A stretch of DNA of 64,000 nucleotides from an uncultured Eubacteriales bacterium (GTDB taxonomy: Bacteria > Bacillota > Clostridia > Oscillospirales > Acutalibacteraceae), in the NCBI GenBank assembly GCA_964424555.1, contig CAYRIX010000002.1, positions 1 through 64,000 on the forward strand, read 5' to 3'. Below are positions 48,931 through 59,478 of the stretch, piece after piece. Made by a program: the position numbers and the translations under genes. The notes under the pieces are model-generated. The model made no database searches, was not told the origin of the DNA, and saw nothing but the letters and a program-made list of their open reading frames with translations. Within the stretch, counting starts at the first letter, position 1. Every line of letters begins with the position of its first letter.

Positions 48931-50184
48931 ATGTATTCGGATATTTTAGATTCGGTCGGCTTTGTAAGTTCGAAAGACCCCGAGGTCGGTGCTTCTATGG
49001 AAAAAGAACTGCGCCGTCAGCAGAATAATATTGAGCTTATCGCATCGGAGAACTTTGTCTCCCCCGCAGTTATGGCTGCTATGGGCTCGGTGCTCACCAA
49101 CAAGTATGCCGAAGGGTATCCCGGTAAGCGTTACTACGGCGGATGTCAGTTTGTCGACATCGTTGAGGATATAGCAAGGGACCGTGCCTGCAAGCTGTTC
49201 GGTGCAAGCTTTGCCAACGTTCAGCCCCACTCGGGTGCGCAGGCAAATCAGGCTGTTTATCTTGCGCTCTTGCAGCCCGGTGATACCGTTATGGGTATGA
49301 ATCTTGCCCACGGCGGACACCTCACCCACGGCTCACCCGTAAACTCCTCGGGTAAGCTTTACAACTTTGTCGCCTATGGTGTAAACGATGAAGGCTACAT
49401 TGATTACGATGAGATGAGAAAAATTGCAGAGGACTGCAAGCCTAAGCTCATCGTTGCAGGTGCTTCGGCTTATGCCCGTGAGATAAAATTCGACGTAATT
49501 TCCGACATTGCCAAGTCGGTCGGCGCTCTGTTTATGGTCGATATGGCTCATATCGCAGGTCTCGTTGCCGCAGGTCTTCACATCAATCCCTGTAAATATG
49601 CCGACGTTGTTACCACCACCACCCACAAGACCCTCAGGGGTCCCCGTGGCGGTATGATCCTTTGCAACGACGAGGAGATATTCAAGGCTATCAACAAGGC
49701 CGTATTCCCCGGCAATCAAGGCGGTCCCTTGATGCACGTCATCGCAGGTAAGGCCGTTTGCTTCGGCGAGGCTTTGACCCCCGAATTTAAAGCATATCAG
49801 GAGCAGATCGTAAAGAACGCCGACGCTCTTGCAGGCTCGCTTATCGCAGAGGGTATCAACCTTGTTTCCATGGGCACCGATAACCACCTGATGCTCTTGG
49901 ACCTGCGCGGAACAGGTGTTACAGGTAAAGAACTCGAGCACCGTCTTGACGAGGTCAACATCACCGCTAACAAGAACGCCATTCCCAACGACCCCGAAAA
50001 GCCGTTTGTGACAAGCGGTGTCCGTCTTGGCACCCCCGCTGCAACCACCAGAGGTCTCAAAGAAGAGGATTTTGTTGAGATCGGCAAGGTCATCGCTCTG
50101 TGCGTAAAGGACTTCGACTCGAAAAAGGACGAGATCAAGCAGCGTGTTGCCGCAATCTGTGAGAAATATCCCTTATACAAATAA
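48931..50184 (+). CDS. glyA: serine hydroxymethyltransferase
   Basis: PLP-lysine motif [14 protein letters not shown]. Start chosen at the second ATG (MYSD..., 6 nt after AAAGGAAG). The ATG at 48925 is also possible. Confidence 0.95.
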   Translation: MYSDILDSVGFVSSKDPEVGASMEKELRRQQNNIELIASENFVSPAVMAAMGSVLTNKYAEGYPGKRYYGGCQFVDIVEDIARDRACKLFGASFANVQPHSGAQANQAVYLALLQPGDTVMGMNLAHGGHLTHGSPVNSSGKLYNFVAYGVNDEGYIDYDEMRKIAEDCKPKLIVAGASAYAREIKFDVISDIAKSVGALFMVDMAHIAGLVAAGLHINPCKYADVVTTTTHKTLRGPRGGMILCNDEEIFKAINKAVFPGNQGGPLMHVIAGKAVCFGEALTPEFKAYQEQIVKNADALAGSLIAEGINLVSMGTDNHLMLLDLRGTGVTGKELEHRLDEVNITANKNAIPNDPEKPFVTSGVRLGTPAATTRGLKEEDFVEIGKVIALCVKDFDSKKDEIKQRVAAICEKYPLYK

Positions 50185-50208
50185 ACTTATCAAAACGGTC
50201 AAAAGCAC

Positions 50209-50237
50209 TTGATTTTATTAGCTTAAAAGTGTAAAAT
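50209..50237 (+). promoter_or_regulatory. sigma-A promoter of fba (TTGATT-17-TAAAAT, TG-extended)
   Basis: TTGATTttattagcttaaaagtgTAAAAT. Confidence 0.5.
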
Positions 50238-50272
50238 AACAGTGTAGATTATATTCTTTGGAGGAATTATAA

Positions 50273-51136
50273 ATGTTAGTATCTGCAAAAGAAATGCTAA
50301 ATTCGGCAAAGGCCGGCAAATATGCCGTCGGTCAGTTCAACATCAACAACCTTGAGTGGACCAAGGCTATCCTTCTCACTGCTGAGGAGCTTAAGTCTCC
50401 TGTTATCCTCGGTGTTTCCGAGGGTGCAGGCAAGTATATGTGCGGCTACACCACCGTTGTCGGTATGGTAAACGGCATGATAAACGAGCTTGGTATCACC
50501 GTTCCCGTAGCACTTCATCTTGACCACGGCTCTTACGAGGGCGCAAAGAAGTGCATTGAGGCAGGCTTCTCTTCGGTTATGTTCGACGGTTCTCACTATC
50601 CTATTGAAGAAAACATCCAGAAGACCAAGGAATTGGTTGCTATCTGTGAGGAAAAGGGCCTCTCTTTGGAGGCTGAGGTCGGCGCTATCGGCGGCGAGGA
50701 AGACGGCGTTATCGGCTCGGGTGAGGTTGCAGATCCCGAGGAGTGCAAGATGATCGCAGACCTTGGTGTTACCATGTTGGCCGCAGGTATCGGCAACATC
50801 CACGGTAAGTACCCCGAAAACTGGGCAGGTCTTTCCTTTGACACCCTTGATGCTATCCAGCAGCTTACAGGCACCATGCCTCTCGTTCTCCACGGCGGCA
50901 CAGGTATCCCTGCCGATATGATAAAGAAGGCTATCTCTCTTGGCGTTTCCAAGATCAATGTCAACACCGAGTGCCAGTTGGCATTTGCCGCTGCAACCCG
51001 TGAGTATGTTGAAGCAGGCAAGGATCTGCAGGGTAAGGGCTTCGACCCCAGAAAGCTTCTCGCCCCCGGCTTTGAGGCAATTAAGGCTACTGTTAAGGAA
51101 AAGATGGAGCTCTTCGGCTCGGTCGGCAAGGCTTGA
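50273..51136 (+). CDS. fba: class II fructose-bisphosphate aldolase
   Basis: Class II FBA N-terminus. Metal ligands LHLDHG and LHGGTG. Confidence 0.92.
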   Translation: MLVSAKEMLNSAKAGKYAVGQFNINNLEWTKAILLTAEELKSPVILGVSEGAGKYMCGYTTVVGMVNGMINELGITVPVALHLDHGSYEGAKKCIEAGFSSVMFDGSHYPIEENIQKTKELVAICEEKGLSLEAEVGAIGGEEDGVIGSGEVADPEECKMIADLGVTMLAAGIGNIHGKYPENWAGLSFDTLDAIQQLTGTMPLVLHGGTGIPADMIKKAISLGVSKINVNTECQLAFAAATREYVEAGKDLQGKGFDPRKLLAPGFEAIKATVKEKMELFGSVGKA

Positions 51137-51165
51137 TTCCTGCTTTATCTAAAAACCAATTAAAT

Positions 51166-51195
51166 GGGGCGAACTCAGTTCGCCCCTACATTTAT
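51166..51195 (+). terminator. intrinsic terminator of fba
   Basis: Perfect 9-bp stem GGGGCGAAC/GTTCGCCCC with a 3-nt loop. Confidence 0.5.
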
Positions 51196-51217
51196 ACAAA
51201 AAAGTTTGAGGTGCATC

Positions 51218-52216
51218 ATGTCCAAACGTCCGTTACTCGTTTTTGCAGGTCAGTCCAATATGATGGGTGCGGCTGTGTACCCTGCAAGTGAGCAGATTAC
51301 TTTTGAAAACTCGTTTGAGTATCTGCACAAGCCCAAAAGAATGGGAGAGCTTGTCGGCAACTTTAAAAATCACGGTTTTCCGTCGGGTGAATTTTCATAT
51401 ATCGACATGAAAGCCGCCTACGGTAATATCACTTTTCCTCAATTTAAAAGCAGTCTGACCGATTACAAAAATAATACCTACTTTTGCCCGTCGATGTGCA
51501 ATCTGGTTGACGATGCTGCTAAGATTACCGCACCCTTTAACTCATACAGCGAAAAGACTGCCGGGTTGGGGGTCTGCGTAGCACCTTTTGTAGTAAAAGC
51601 TCTCGAAGAAAACGGCTACCCCTGTTGCTATGCCCACATTGCAAAGGCTGCAGTTTCAATAAGGCATTACCTTGAAGGAGGTGCTTCGAAGTATTTTGAC
51701 CAAAAGGTCACCGACTTTTTCAAGGATTCGGCCAAAAAATTTCCCGATGATGACCTGAGTGAAAAAGTGCTTTTGTGGTTGCAGGGCGAAAGCGACGGCA
51801 ACACCGAGGATTGCTATGACCGTTATCTTACATGCCTTGAGCAGTTGTGGCAAAAGGCGAAAAGATTGGGATTCACAAAATTCCTTATTATCCGTGTGGG
51901 ATATTGGGGCTTAAAAACCATATCAGGCATAATGCGTGCACAGGAACATTTCTGTGAAAGAACCGAAAATGCCTACATCATTACCAGAGCCATGTCTTAT
52001 TTCAAGCACCCAACCCTGAACGAGGACGGATGGTTCAAAACGCCTCCAACAGATGAGTACTGCAACTGCCGTGACAGCTTCTTCGGTTTTGGCAACAACC
52101 ACATCAACGAAAAAGGCTTTAAAGTTATCACCGACCACGCCGTACCCAACATCCTCCGCATCTTAAACGGCGATGAGCCTGTTTTAGAGGAAGAAAACAT
52201 AATACCGCTTATATAA
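51218..52216 (+). CDS. SASA-family carbohydrate esterase (sialate O-acetylesterase-like, SGNH fold)
   Basis: Start re-set to MSKRPLLVFAGQSNMMGA (RBS GAGGTG). GQSNM motif of the SASA/DUF303 family. No signal peptide, so probably cytoplasmic. Confidence 0.7.
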   Translation: MSKRPLLVFAGQSNMMGAAVYPASEQITFENSFEYLHKPKRMGELVGNFKNHGFPSGEFSYIDMKAAYGNITFPQFKSSLTDYKNNTYFCPSMCNLVDDAAKITAPFNSYSEKTAGLGVCVAPFVVKALEENGYPCCYAHIAKAAVSIRHYLEGGASKYFDQKVTDFFKDSAKKFPDDDLSEKVLLWLQGESDGNTEDCYDRYLTCLEQLWQKAKRLGFTKFLIIRVGYWGLKTISGIMRAQEHFCERTENAYIITRAMSYFKHPTLNEDGWFKTPPTDEYCNCRDSFFGFGNNHINEKGFKVITDHAVPNILRILNGDEPVLEEENIIPLI

Positions 52217-52256
52217 AAAAGCTGTATCGCTTCAATGAAGTGATACAGCTTTTAAT
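52213..52256. terminator. bidirectional intrinsic terminator (convergent esterase / citrate synthase)
   Basis: 16-bp near-perfect stem AAGCTGTATCGCTTCA/TGAAGTGATACAGCTT flanked by A and T runs. Confidence 0.6.
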
Positions 52257-52257
52257 T

Positions 52258-53673
52258 TTAGAACAAATGCTTGATCTTGGAAAGCTCTGCCTGATGCTGA
52301 TCGATCTCAACTCGGTCGTGAATCGGAACGTAGGTCAACGGATGGATGGTGCTCTTGTAAGCAGGGCGGATGATCCTGCCGCCTGTCATGAGCTCCTCGG
52401 CACGGTGAGCGCACCAGCCTGCTACACGGGAGATGGCAAACAGAGCTGTATACATCTCAACAGGCAGATCCATCATGGAATATACGAAGCCTGAATAGTA
52501 ATCAACATTGGGGCAGATAATCTTGCTTCCACCCTTAACCTCGGCGAACAGACCGGGTGCCAACTCGGCTATTTTATCCATCAACCTCAGTTCGTCCAGC
52601 TTGCCCTTGGCTATGGCAAGCTTTTCAGCACTGCGGCGAAGCAATACAGCTCTCGGGTCAGACAGAGTATATATAGCATGACCCATTCCGTAAATAAGAC
52701 CCGAACCGTCAAATGCCTGTTTTTTAAGTATTTTCGTGAGATAATCGGCGATCTCATTCTCGTCATCCCAGTTTTTAACGTGCTCTTTAATGTCGTTCAT
52801 CATTTCTACGACCTTAATATTGGCACCACCGTGCTTAGGACCCTTGAGCGAGCTTACCGAACCTGCGATAGCAGAGTAAATATCGGTACCCGAGGAGGTC
52901 AACACACGGGTGGTGAAGGTCGAGTTATTACCGCCGCCGTGCTCTGCATGAAGCATCAAAGCAAGATCTAAGAGATGCACCTCATCCTCGGTATAGCTCG
53001 AATCGGGACGTATGATGTGGAGAATATTCTCGGCCGTAGACAACTCAGGCTTGGGGAAATGCATGTAAAGGCTCTCTTTATCATAAAAATGCTTTTTGGC
53101 CTGATATGCATATGCAACGATTATCGGGAAACGTGCAAAAAGCTCAATACTCTGACGCAGGTTGTTCTCAATGGAATTGTCGTCAGCCTTTTCGTCAAAC
53201 GGAGACAAGGCAAGCACCGCACGTGACAGATTGCTCATAATATTGCGGCTGGGCAGACGCAGGATCATATCCTCGGCAAAATAATCGGGCAGCATACGCA
53301 TTGAGCCAACAACACTGTTGAACTTCTGAAGCTCCTCTTCGGTCGGCAGCTTGCCCATCATAAGAAGATATGCTACCTCTTCAAATCCAAATCGATTTTC
53401 TTTGATGCAGTTATCGACAAGATCCTCAATAGAATATCCTCGGTAGGTCAGCTCGCCGTGGATGGGCATACGCTCACCCTCGTTGAGCAGATAACCGTGA
53501 ACATTGCATATCTGAGTTACACCTGCCAGAACTCCCGTTCCGTCAGAGTTTCTGAGGCCGCGCTTGACGTTATAGCGCTCAAAATCCGATTGCGGTATTG
53601 AGTTGTGTTTTTTGTATTCCGTACTGAGGGTCTCGAAATAGCCCTCGGGAATATTAAATTTGATTTCAGACAT
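52258..53673 (-). CDS. citrate synthase
   Basis: Motifs HAEHGGGNNSTFTTRV, GMGHAIY, NVDYYSG. Length and termini typical of Firmicute type citrate synthase. Confidence 0.9.
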   Translation of the reverse strand: MSEIKFNIPEGYFETLSTEYKKHNSIPQSDFERYNVKRGLRNSDGTGVLAGVTQICNVHGYLLNEGERMPIHGELTYRGYSIEDLVDNCIKENRFGFEEVAYLLMMGKLPTEEELQKFNSVVGSMRMLPDYFAEDMILRLPSRNIMSNLSRAVLALSPFDEKADDNSIENNLRQSIELFARFPIIVAYAYQAKKHFYDKESLYMHFPKPELSTAENILHIIRPDSSYTEDEVHLLDLALMLHAEHGGGNNSTFTTRVLTSSGTDIYSAIAGSVSSLKGPKHGGANIKVVEMMNDIKEHVKNWDDENEIADYLTKILKKQAFDGSGLIYGMGHAIYTLSDPRAVLLRRSAEKLAIAKGKLDELRLMDKIAELAPGLFAEVKGGSKIICPNVDYYSGFVYSMMDLPVEMYTALFAISRVAGWCAHRAEELMTGGRIIRPAYKSTIHPLTYVPIHDRVEIDQHQAELSKIKHLF

Positions 53674-53893
53674 AATAACCTCTCTATTAGACCTGCATCC
53701 TCGGCAGGCTTCTTAAAAAATTTAAGTTAACGGGCAATATTTTACTAAAATATTCTAAAATAGTCAAGCAAAAACCCGAAAAACTTAATTTTGTTAACCT
53801 AAATACTTAATTTCTGCGTATCAGCACTAATATAATAAACCGACCGCCTCACTTTTTAAGGGAAACGGTCGGCTCAGACTAATGAAAATAAAG

Positions 53894-55258
53894 TTAGTTT
53901 TTGAGACTTTGCAACGGTGCAGGTATTCTTCCGCCGCGTGAAATAAACTTCATCGGAGAATATTTGCTTACCGGCATAACAGGGCCCGAACCGAGCAGAC
54001 CGCCGAAATTGAGCTCCTCGCCCACTTCAAGTCCGATTGCGGGGATGACACGGACGGCGGTGGTCTTGGAGTTGACCATTCCGATAGCAGCCTCGTCGGC
54101 AATGATGGCCGAAATAACCTCACTGGGGGTATCGCCCGGAATGTTTATCATATCAAGACCGACCGAGCAAACAGCTGTCATGGCTTCTAACTTTTCAATT
54201 GTCAAAGCACCGCTTCTTGCGGCATCTATCATACCTGCATCCTCGGTAACGGGGATAAATGCACCCGAAAGACCGCCAACGTGGCTGGATGCCATAACGC
54301 CACCTTTTTTAACAGCGTCGTTCAGCATTGCAAGACAGGCGGTAGTGCCACAGGCACCGACCGATTCAAGACCGATCTCCTCCAAAATATGAGCCACCGA
54401 GTCACCAACCGCAGGGGTAGGTGCCAATGACAGATCAATAATTCCAAACTGAACACCAAGGCGCTGGCTGGCTCTTTGGGCTACCAACTGACCCATTCGA
54501 GTGATCTTGAAGGCAGTACGCTTGATAAGATCGGCAACACCCGAAAGATCAAGGTCTTGAGCCTCGGGGCGTGCCAATGCGGCACGGACGACACCCGGGC
54601 CCGAAACACCGACATTGATAACACAGTCGGGTTCACCGGGGCCATGGAATGCACCTGCCATGAAGGGGTTATCCTCGGGAGCGTTACAGAAAACGACCAG
54701 CTTAGCCGCACCGATACACTGACGGTCTGCTGTCTTTTCAGCCGTCCTGCGAACCACCTGACCCATCATGGCAACAGCGTCCATATTAAGACCCGTCTTG
54801 GTAGAGCCGATATTGACTGAAGAACAGATATGGTCAGTAACACTGAGGGCCTCGGGGATGCTTTCGATAAGCTCTTTGTCGCCTGCGGCAAAGCCCTTCT
54901 GAACAAGTGCCGAATACCCGCCGATGAAGTTTACGCCTACCTCACGTGCTGCTTTTTCAAGTGTGACAGCGAATTTTACAACATCCTTTGAACGGCATGC
55001 GGCGGCTATCATTGCGATAGGTGTGACTGAAATTCGTTTGTTGATGATGGGAATACCAAGCTCTTTTTCTATTTCCTGACACACAGGAACAAGGTTCTTG
55101 GCCTTTCTTGTTATCTTCTCATAAATACGCTCACAGGCCTTATCAATATCACTGTCGATACAGTCGAGCAGTGAAATACCCATGGTTACGGTACGGATAT
55201 CAAGATTCTCGTCCTGTATCATGCTTATGGTTTCGAGAATATCTCTGGTTTCTAACAT
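53894..55258 (-). CDS. UPF0210-family (DUF711) protein
   Basis: N-terminus [33 protein letters not shown]. Paired with the ACT protein directly upstream on the same strand. Confidence 0.8.
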   Translation of the reverse strand: MLETRDILETISMIQDENLDIRTVTMGISLLDCIDSDIDKACERIYEKITRKAKNLVPVCQEIEKELGIPIINKRISVTPIAMIAAACRSKDVVKFAVTLEKAAREVGVNFIGGYSALVQKGFAAGDKELIESIPEALSVTDHICSSVNIGSTKTGLNMDAVAMMGQVVRRTAEKTADRQCIGAAKLVVFCNAPEDNPFMAGAFHGPGEPDCVINVGVSGPGVVRAALARPEAQDLDLSGVADLIKRTAFKITRMGQLVAQRASQRLGVQFGIIDLSLAPTPAVGDSVAHILEEIGLESVGACGTTACLAMLNDAVKKGGVMASSHVGGLSGAFIPVTEDAGMIDAARSGALTIEKLEAMTAVCSVGLDMINIPGDTPSEVISAIIADEAAIGMVNSKTTAVRVIPAIGLEVGEELNFGGLLGSGPVMPVSKYSPMKFISRGGRIPAPLQSLKN

Positions 55259-55270
55259 TTCAGTTCACCC

Positions 55271-55540
55271 TCAGATTCTGTGCATAGAGTTAAAAAGATC
55301 CTCATGCATAACATGGACCGCCATGCCGATCTCCTCGCCTAATTTGGCCATAGCATCGCTGAAATCACCGAAAGGAATATTCAGCTTATCAACATCACCT
55401 ATCATTATCATACAGAACATATCCTGTAAAATAGACTGCGAAACATCGAGAATGTTTACGTTATATTTTGCACACTCGGTCGATACCTTGGCCAAAATAC
55501 CAACAGTATCCTTGCCGACAACCGTCAAAACCGCTTTCAT
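55271..55540 (-). CDS. ACT-domain protein (UPF0237 family)
   Basis: Start re-set to MKAVLTVVGKDTVGILAKVS (RBS AAGGAAG). About 89 aa ACT fold. Canonical partner of UPF0210. Confidence 0.8.
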   Translation of the reverse strand: MKAVLTVVGKDTVGILAKVSTECAKYNVNILDVSQSILQDMFCMIMIGDVDKLNIPFGDFSDAMAKLGEEIGMAVHVMHEDLFNSMHRI

Positions 55541-55719
55541 TGAAAACACTTCCTTAATATATATTGGGATTATTTTATCACAATTCGCACATAAAGTAAA
55601 CACCCAAAATTCAAAACTCTGAAATACGCTTCTTCCCTGCCTTCTTAAAAAGGCTTATTGAAATTTGATACAATGTGTGATAGAATTAGTAAAAACAGTT
55701 TCGCATTGAAGGAGTTCTT

Positions 55720-56418
55720 ATGGCTAAGAAAAAACCTGCTGACAGCTTCAGCATTAAGGATAGTATGATCTACGAGCGCTCTGACCGCAAAAGAGCCGAC
55801 GAAGCAGAAGCATTACCCAAAAAGCCGAAAAAACACGGTAAGATAATCCTGACTGTGTTTATTATAGCCGTAATACTGTTTGTCGGTGTGCCATGGATAA
55901 TCGTCACGGTAGTCGACTCGCCTGCAGAGTCAATCGCCAACGACGGCAAGCCCGACCGCACCTATGAGCAGATCTTGGCTGATACCGTTGCAACCGATAA
56001 GTCAACCGAGCTGTATAACATGAAAAATCCCAATATCACCGACCACACGGCGGTCGAAGCTCTGATCCGCCATCTGCAGATAGAGTCTGAGCTTGGCGGC
56101 TATACCGTGGAGATTCAATCCGACACCAAGCCTTACACCGTAACCTTAAGCTTCGAGCTTTCGCACGATGTACCGGAGGATGGGCACGACATGTGGGAGC
56201 AAAAGATGATAAAGTACTCCTGCGCCATCATGTCACTTATCGACAACATTGCTCAGGTGAATTGGACGTTTCCCGTTTCAGGCGGTACCGACGGTGCATT
56301 CTTTAACCGTGCCGATGCCGAAAAGCTTTACAACCTTGGTGTAACACCTGCAACCTTTGCCAAGAGCCCTCAAAGTGTTCAGCTCATGCTTAACCAATTA
56401 GGAATTGATCTTTACTGA
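55720..56418 (+). CDS. single-pass membrane protein with extracytoplasmic domain, hypothetical
   Basis: Basic N-terminus, one TM (IILTVFIIAVILFVGVPWIIVTVV), ~170-aa C-terminal domain. Good RBS. Confidence 0.55.
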   Translation: MAKKKPADSFSIKDSMIYERSDRKRADEAEALPKKPKKHGKIILTVFIIAVILFVGVPWIIVTVVDSPAESIANDGKPDRTYEQILADTVATDKSTELYNMKNPNITDHTAVEALIRHLQIESELGGYTVEIQSDTKPYTVTLSFELSHDVPEDGHDMWEQKMIKYSCAIMSLIDNIAQVNWTFPVSGGTDGAFFNRADAEKLYNLGVTPATFAKSPQSVQLMLNQLGIDLY

Positions 56419-56495
56419 TAAAGCTTCTTGACAGTCTCAAAAAGCAGTTGGATCTGCAATGCGCCCTAATGAACGCAATGCATCGACAAAATAAG

Positions 56496-56546
56496 CTACC
56501 CGAAAAAGAGATTTTGTTTTTCTCTTCTTCGGGTAGTTTTGTTTTT
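56496..56546. terminator. long-stem bidirectional intrinsic terminator
   Basis: 16-bp stem CTACCCGAAAAAGAGA/TCTCTTCTTCGGGTAG (one mismatch) followed by TTTTGTTTTT. Confidence 0.55.
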
Positions 56547-56547
56547 A

Positions 56548-56907
56548 TCATTCATCGCTATGCATATAGATACCTGTTATCAGCAAGCTGCTTTTTTGCA
56601 GCCATTTCACTAAGGATTTGACTATACCCTTCTTGCAATAACCAAAGTCAACAGCTATCCGCACCATTTTTCGGTCTTCAAAAACCTTATCTAAACAAAT
56701 GTAGCGTATGCTATATCTGTGATGCCTGTTCCAGCTATGCATAAAATTAAATATCTCTTTCTCGGTGTCCTTGCCAAGCTTATGAGAGACAAGTACCGAA
56801 AAGGTTATATCAAGATAAACCTGCGGATAGCTATTATCCTCTGCCTCACGAAATATGTTGCCGCTTTCCCGCTTTGAAAATATATCTAAGAAATCACGAA
56901 TGTGCAT
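56548..56907 (-). CDS. orphan small protein (119 aa), unknown function
   Basis: Complete ORF, about 40% GC against about 50% in neighbours. AT-rich flanks, terminators on both sides. No recognisable motifs. Confidence 0.45.
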   Translation of the reverse strand: MHIRDFLDIFSKRESGNIFREAEDNSYPQVYLDITFSVLVSHKLGKDTEKEIFNFMHSWNRHHRYSIRYICLDKVFEDRKMVRIAVDFGYCKKGIVKSLVKWLQKSSLLITGIYMHSDE

Positions 56908-57052
56908 TAACCTTAATCCCTTTTCAGTTTCAAATATATTATATGTAACATTATATGTGTTATGTCCGATAATATATTATTGTAACTTATGTGCAAATTC
57001 TTGTCAAGTTAAGTTTAATTTTTAAGGTGCTTACGGTCTATCGGCATAAAAA

Positions 57053-57084
57053 CAGCATCCGAGAAAAGCAGATCTCGGATGCTG
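57053..57084 (-). terminator. intrinsic terminator of the GH99/WbsX-like gene
   Basis: 12-bp stem CAGCATCCGAGA/TCTCGGATGCTG with T/A runs on both sides. Confidence 0.5.
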
Positions 57085-57090
57085 TTGGTT

Positions 57091-58215
57091 TTATTTTTGA
57101 TCAACAAAAACCTTTTTAATGGCTTCAAGATATCCGTAGCCGTAAAGGTCATCGGGCAGAAGATAGCTCGACTCGGTCCACTCGTTCCACGAATTTACCG
57201 TGATGAGCGGTGCAGGCAGCTCATGCGTATCGACAAACTCTTTGGCGGCACGAAAAGCCTTTTCAACATTTTCGGGCGTGTTGTTTGTGCAGATCCAGCC
57301 CTTAAAATCGGTATGTCGGGGGCTGTTATCCCAACCGACCGAAACATGCGGAAAATACGGCGCACCATAATCATTATAAAGCCTTTCCCAATTACACTTG
57401 ACATCTTTGAAAGCCTCGGTATAATCACGGTTCATATTGGTCATATGTACAAACTGATAGCTTGCAATGCTGTCATAGCCTAAGGTGCTTATTATATCCT
57501 TAAGACCGAACTTGAGCTCGCTACCGTCAACACCCGATGCATTGACGGTATTACTACCTTGCGGACAGTATTGCAGGTGAAGTCCCTCAAAACCTGCCTC
57601 CACGGTCTCATCACGCAACCAATCCAATGCGGCTCGGGCATTTTCGAGACCGCCCAAACCGTTTACAAAAGCAGGGGTGTCGTAAATCATCAAAACAGGC
57701 TTGCCGTCAATTTTATAATAGCTTGGATGTCCAAAGTATTTATCTATCCAACGACGGCCGATCTTTTTAAACTGCTCAAAGCTCACACTGCCCTGCCAAA
57801 TTACCGTCTTACCGTATTCCGATGAAGCAAGTGACTTGCACCACAGATGATTTGCGTCATGGTTTGCCCACATAACGTAGAACTTCATTTTGTCTACATT
57901 CTTGGCCTTTAAAAAACCATCGTTAAGGCACTGTTCCAAAAACGGGCGGTCGTCATACCAATACCAGTCATAAATAAATACATTAACACCGTGCTTTACT
58001 GCAAGGTCAATCTGTTGCTCCATCGCCTCGGGGTCGGCCTCGTCCTGAAAACCGAGCAACGGCTTTCTGGGCCAGTTGTGTCCATCCCTTACAGCCTTGG
58101 CATCCCGTACGGTCTGCCATTCGCCCATGCCCTCGGGCCAAAATATACGTGTGCGTGGCTCCTTGCCCGTATATGCAGGCCAGATAAATGCCGCTATATC
58201 ATATTGCTTTCTCAA
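57091..58215 (-). CDS. glycoside-hydrolase-like protein (GH99-like / WbsX-family), cytoplasmic
   Basis: IAAFIWPAYTGKEPRTRIFWPEGMGEWQTV and FIYDWYWYDDRPFLE resemble the WbsX/GH99-like family. No signal peptide. Confidence 0.5.
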   Translation of the reverse strand: MRKQYDIAAFIWPAYTGKEPRTRIFWPEGMGEWQTVRDAKAVRDGHNWPRKPLLGFQDEADPEAMEQQIDLAVKHGVNVFIYDWYWYDDRPFLEQCLNDGFLKAKNVDKMKFYVMWANHDANHLWCKSLASSEYGKTVIWQGSVSFEQFKKIGRRWIDKYFGHPSYYKIDGKPVLMIYDTPAFVNGLGGLENARAALDWLRDETVEAGFEGLHLQYCPQGSNTVNASGVDGSELKFGLKDIISTLGYDSIASYQFVHMTNMNRDYTEAFKDVKCNWERLYNDYGAPYFPHVSVGWDNSPRHTDFKGWICTNNTPENVEKAFRAAKEFVDTHELPAPLITVNSWNEWTESSYLLPDDLYGYGYLEAIKKVFVDQK

Positions 58216-58320
58216 TCAGATTACCTCTTTTTTACTTTTTTAAAATTATACCTTGGAATTCCACAAAAGTCAACACAAATATAACAAAAACCTCAATTTG
58301 TATTGCCTTTTATTTAAAAT

Positions 58321-58375
58321 TTTGAAAAAATATAGATAAAGCAGTGGAGAGTCGAACCTGAATCTCCACTGCTTA
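58321..58375 (-). terminator. intrinsic terminator of galM
   Basis: 12-bp stem AAGCAGTGGAGA/TCTCCACTGCTT followed by a U-run on the minus strand. Confidence 0.55.
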
Positions 58376-58382
58376 AAACTCA

Positions 58383-59420
58383 TTATTTTACAGTCAACTT
58401 ATATGCCGTGGTACGACGGTAGATCTCGGCCTTTTTAAGCACAGGCGACGGGAAATGTGCAAACGAGGTCGCATTGGGATAGCCTTGGGTCTCAAGACAT
58501 ATAGCACCGTGGCGCTGATACTCAACATCATATTTTCCCTTTAACGGTTTCATACCGTTGCCTGCATAGATTTGGCAACCCGGCTGATCGGTGTAGCAGA
58601 CCATCTCAATACCGGTTTTATCGCTGTAAAGACGTGCAAACTCACGGTATCCCTTGCCGTCAAGGATAAAGTTGTGGTCGATACCGTTGACTAACTTGGC
58701 AGGAGCATAATCTGAGTTTATTACCTCGCCCAAATTTTTACCCTGTCTGAAATCAAACGGTGTTCCGCGGACTGCCAAAATATTACCGTTAGCAAGGCAC
58801 TTGTCATCGGTCTCGCAGAAGGCCGAAGCCGACATCTGCAGTGTGTGGTTAAGGATGGTCTCGGGCTTGTCAGCACCGTTCAGGTTGAAATAGGTGTGGT
58901 TGGTGAGATTCAACACAGTATCAGCATCACTGATTGCGTAATAATCCAGCACCAAGGTACCGTCAAGCTTCAAGGAATAGGTTATCTGCATATCAAGGTT
59001 GCCGGGGTAACCCTCGTCACCGTCACGGCTGAGCAAGCTGAACTCAATAGTGTGATTGTTTATATCACGCACATTAAAGAAACGGTGGCTAAAGCCTACA
59101 TTTCCGCCGTGCAGATGGTTAGGGCCGTTATTGGTGGCAAGCGTGTACTCCTTGCCGTTTAAAGTGAATTTTCCGCCCTCGATACGGTTTCCGAAACGGC
59201 CGATAGTGGCACCCATATAACCGATCTTTCCTGTATAAGGCTCAACACTGTCGAAGCCTAATACAACGTCGGTATTATTTCCGTCACGGTCAGGACCGCA
59301 GAATTTTACCAAGGTTGCGCCAAAATCGGTGACATAGGCTGTGTACTTGCCTCTTTTAAGCTTGTACAGCTTAGCCTCACGTCCGTCAGGGGTAATGCCG
59401 AATGATGTTGATTTGATCAT
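58383..59420 (-). CDS. galM: aldose 1-epimerase (galactose mutarotase)
   Basis: Aldose-epimerase fold motifs (NGPNHLHGG, catalytic HxE region). Confidence 0.9.
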   Translation of the reverse strand: MIKSTSFGITPDGREAKLYKLKRGKYTAYVTDFGATLVKFCGPDRDGNNTDVVLGFDSVEPYTGKIGYMGATIGRFGNRIEGGKFTLNGKEYTLATNNGPNHLHGGNVGFSHRFFNVRDINNHTIEFSLLSRDGDEGYPGNLDMQITYSLKLDGTLVLDYYAISDADTVLNLTNHTYFNLNGADKPETILNHTLQMSASAFCETDDKCLANGNILAVRGTPFDFRQGKNLGEVINSDYAPAKLVNGIDHNFILDGKGYREFARLYSDKTGIEMVCYTDQPGCQIYAGNGMKPLKGKYDVEYQRHGAICLETQGYPNATSFAHFPSPVLKKAEIYRRTTAYKLTVK

Positions 59421-59478
59421 AAATTAACCACCTTTTATATTACACCGTAGGAACGACACCCTCGCCGTCCCGAGCGGT

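Noticed and set aside
59421-59478. Possible terminator downstream of tatD
   Set aside because: Only short imperfect stems (CTCG/CGAG). A U-run follows, but the stem is too weak to call.
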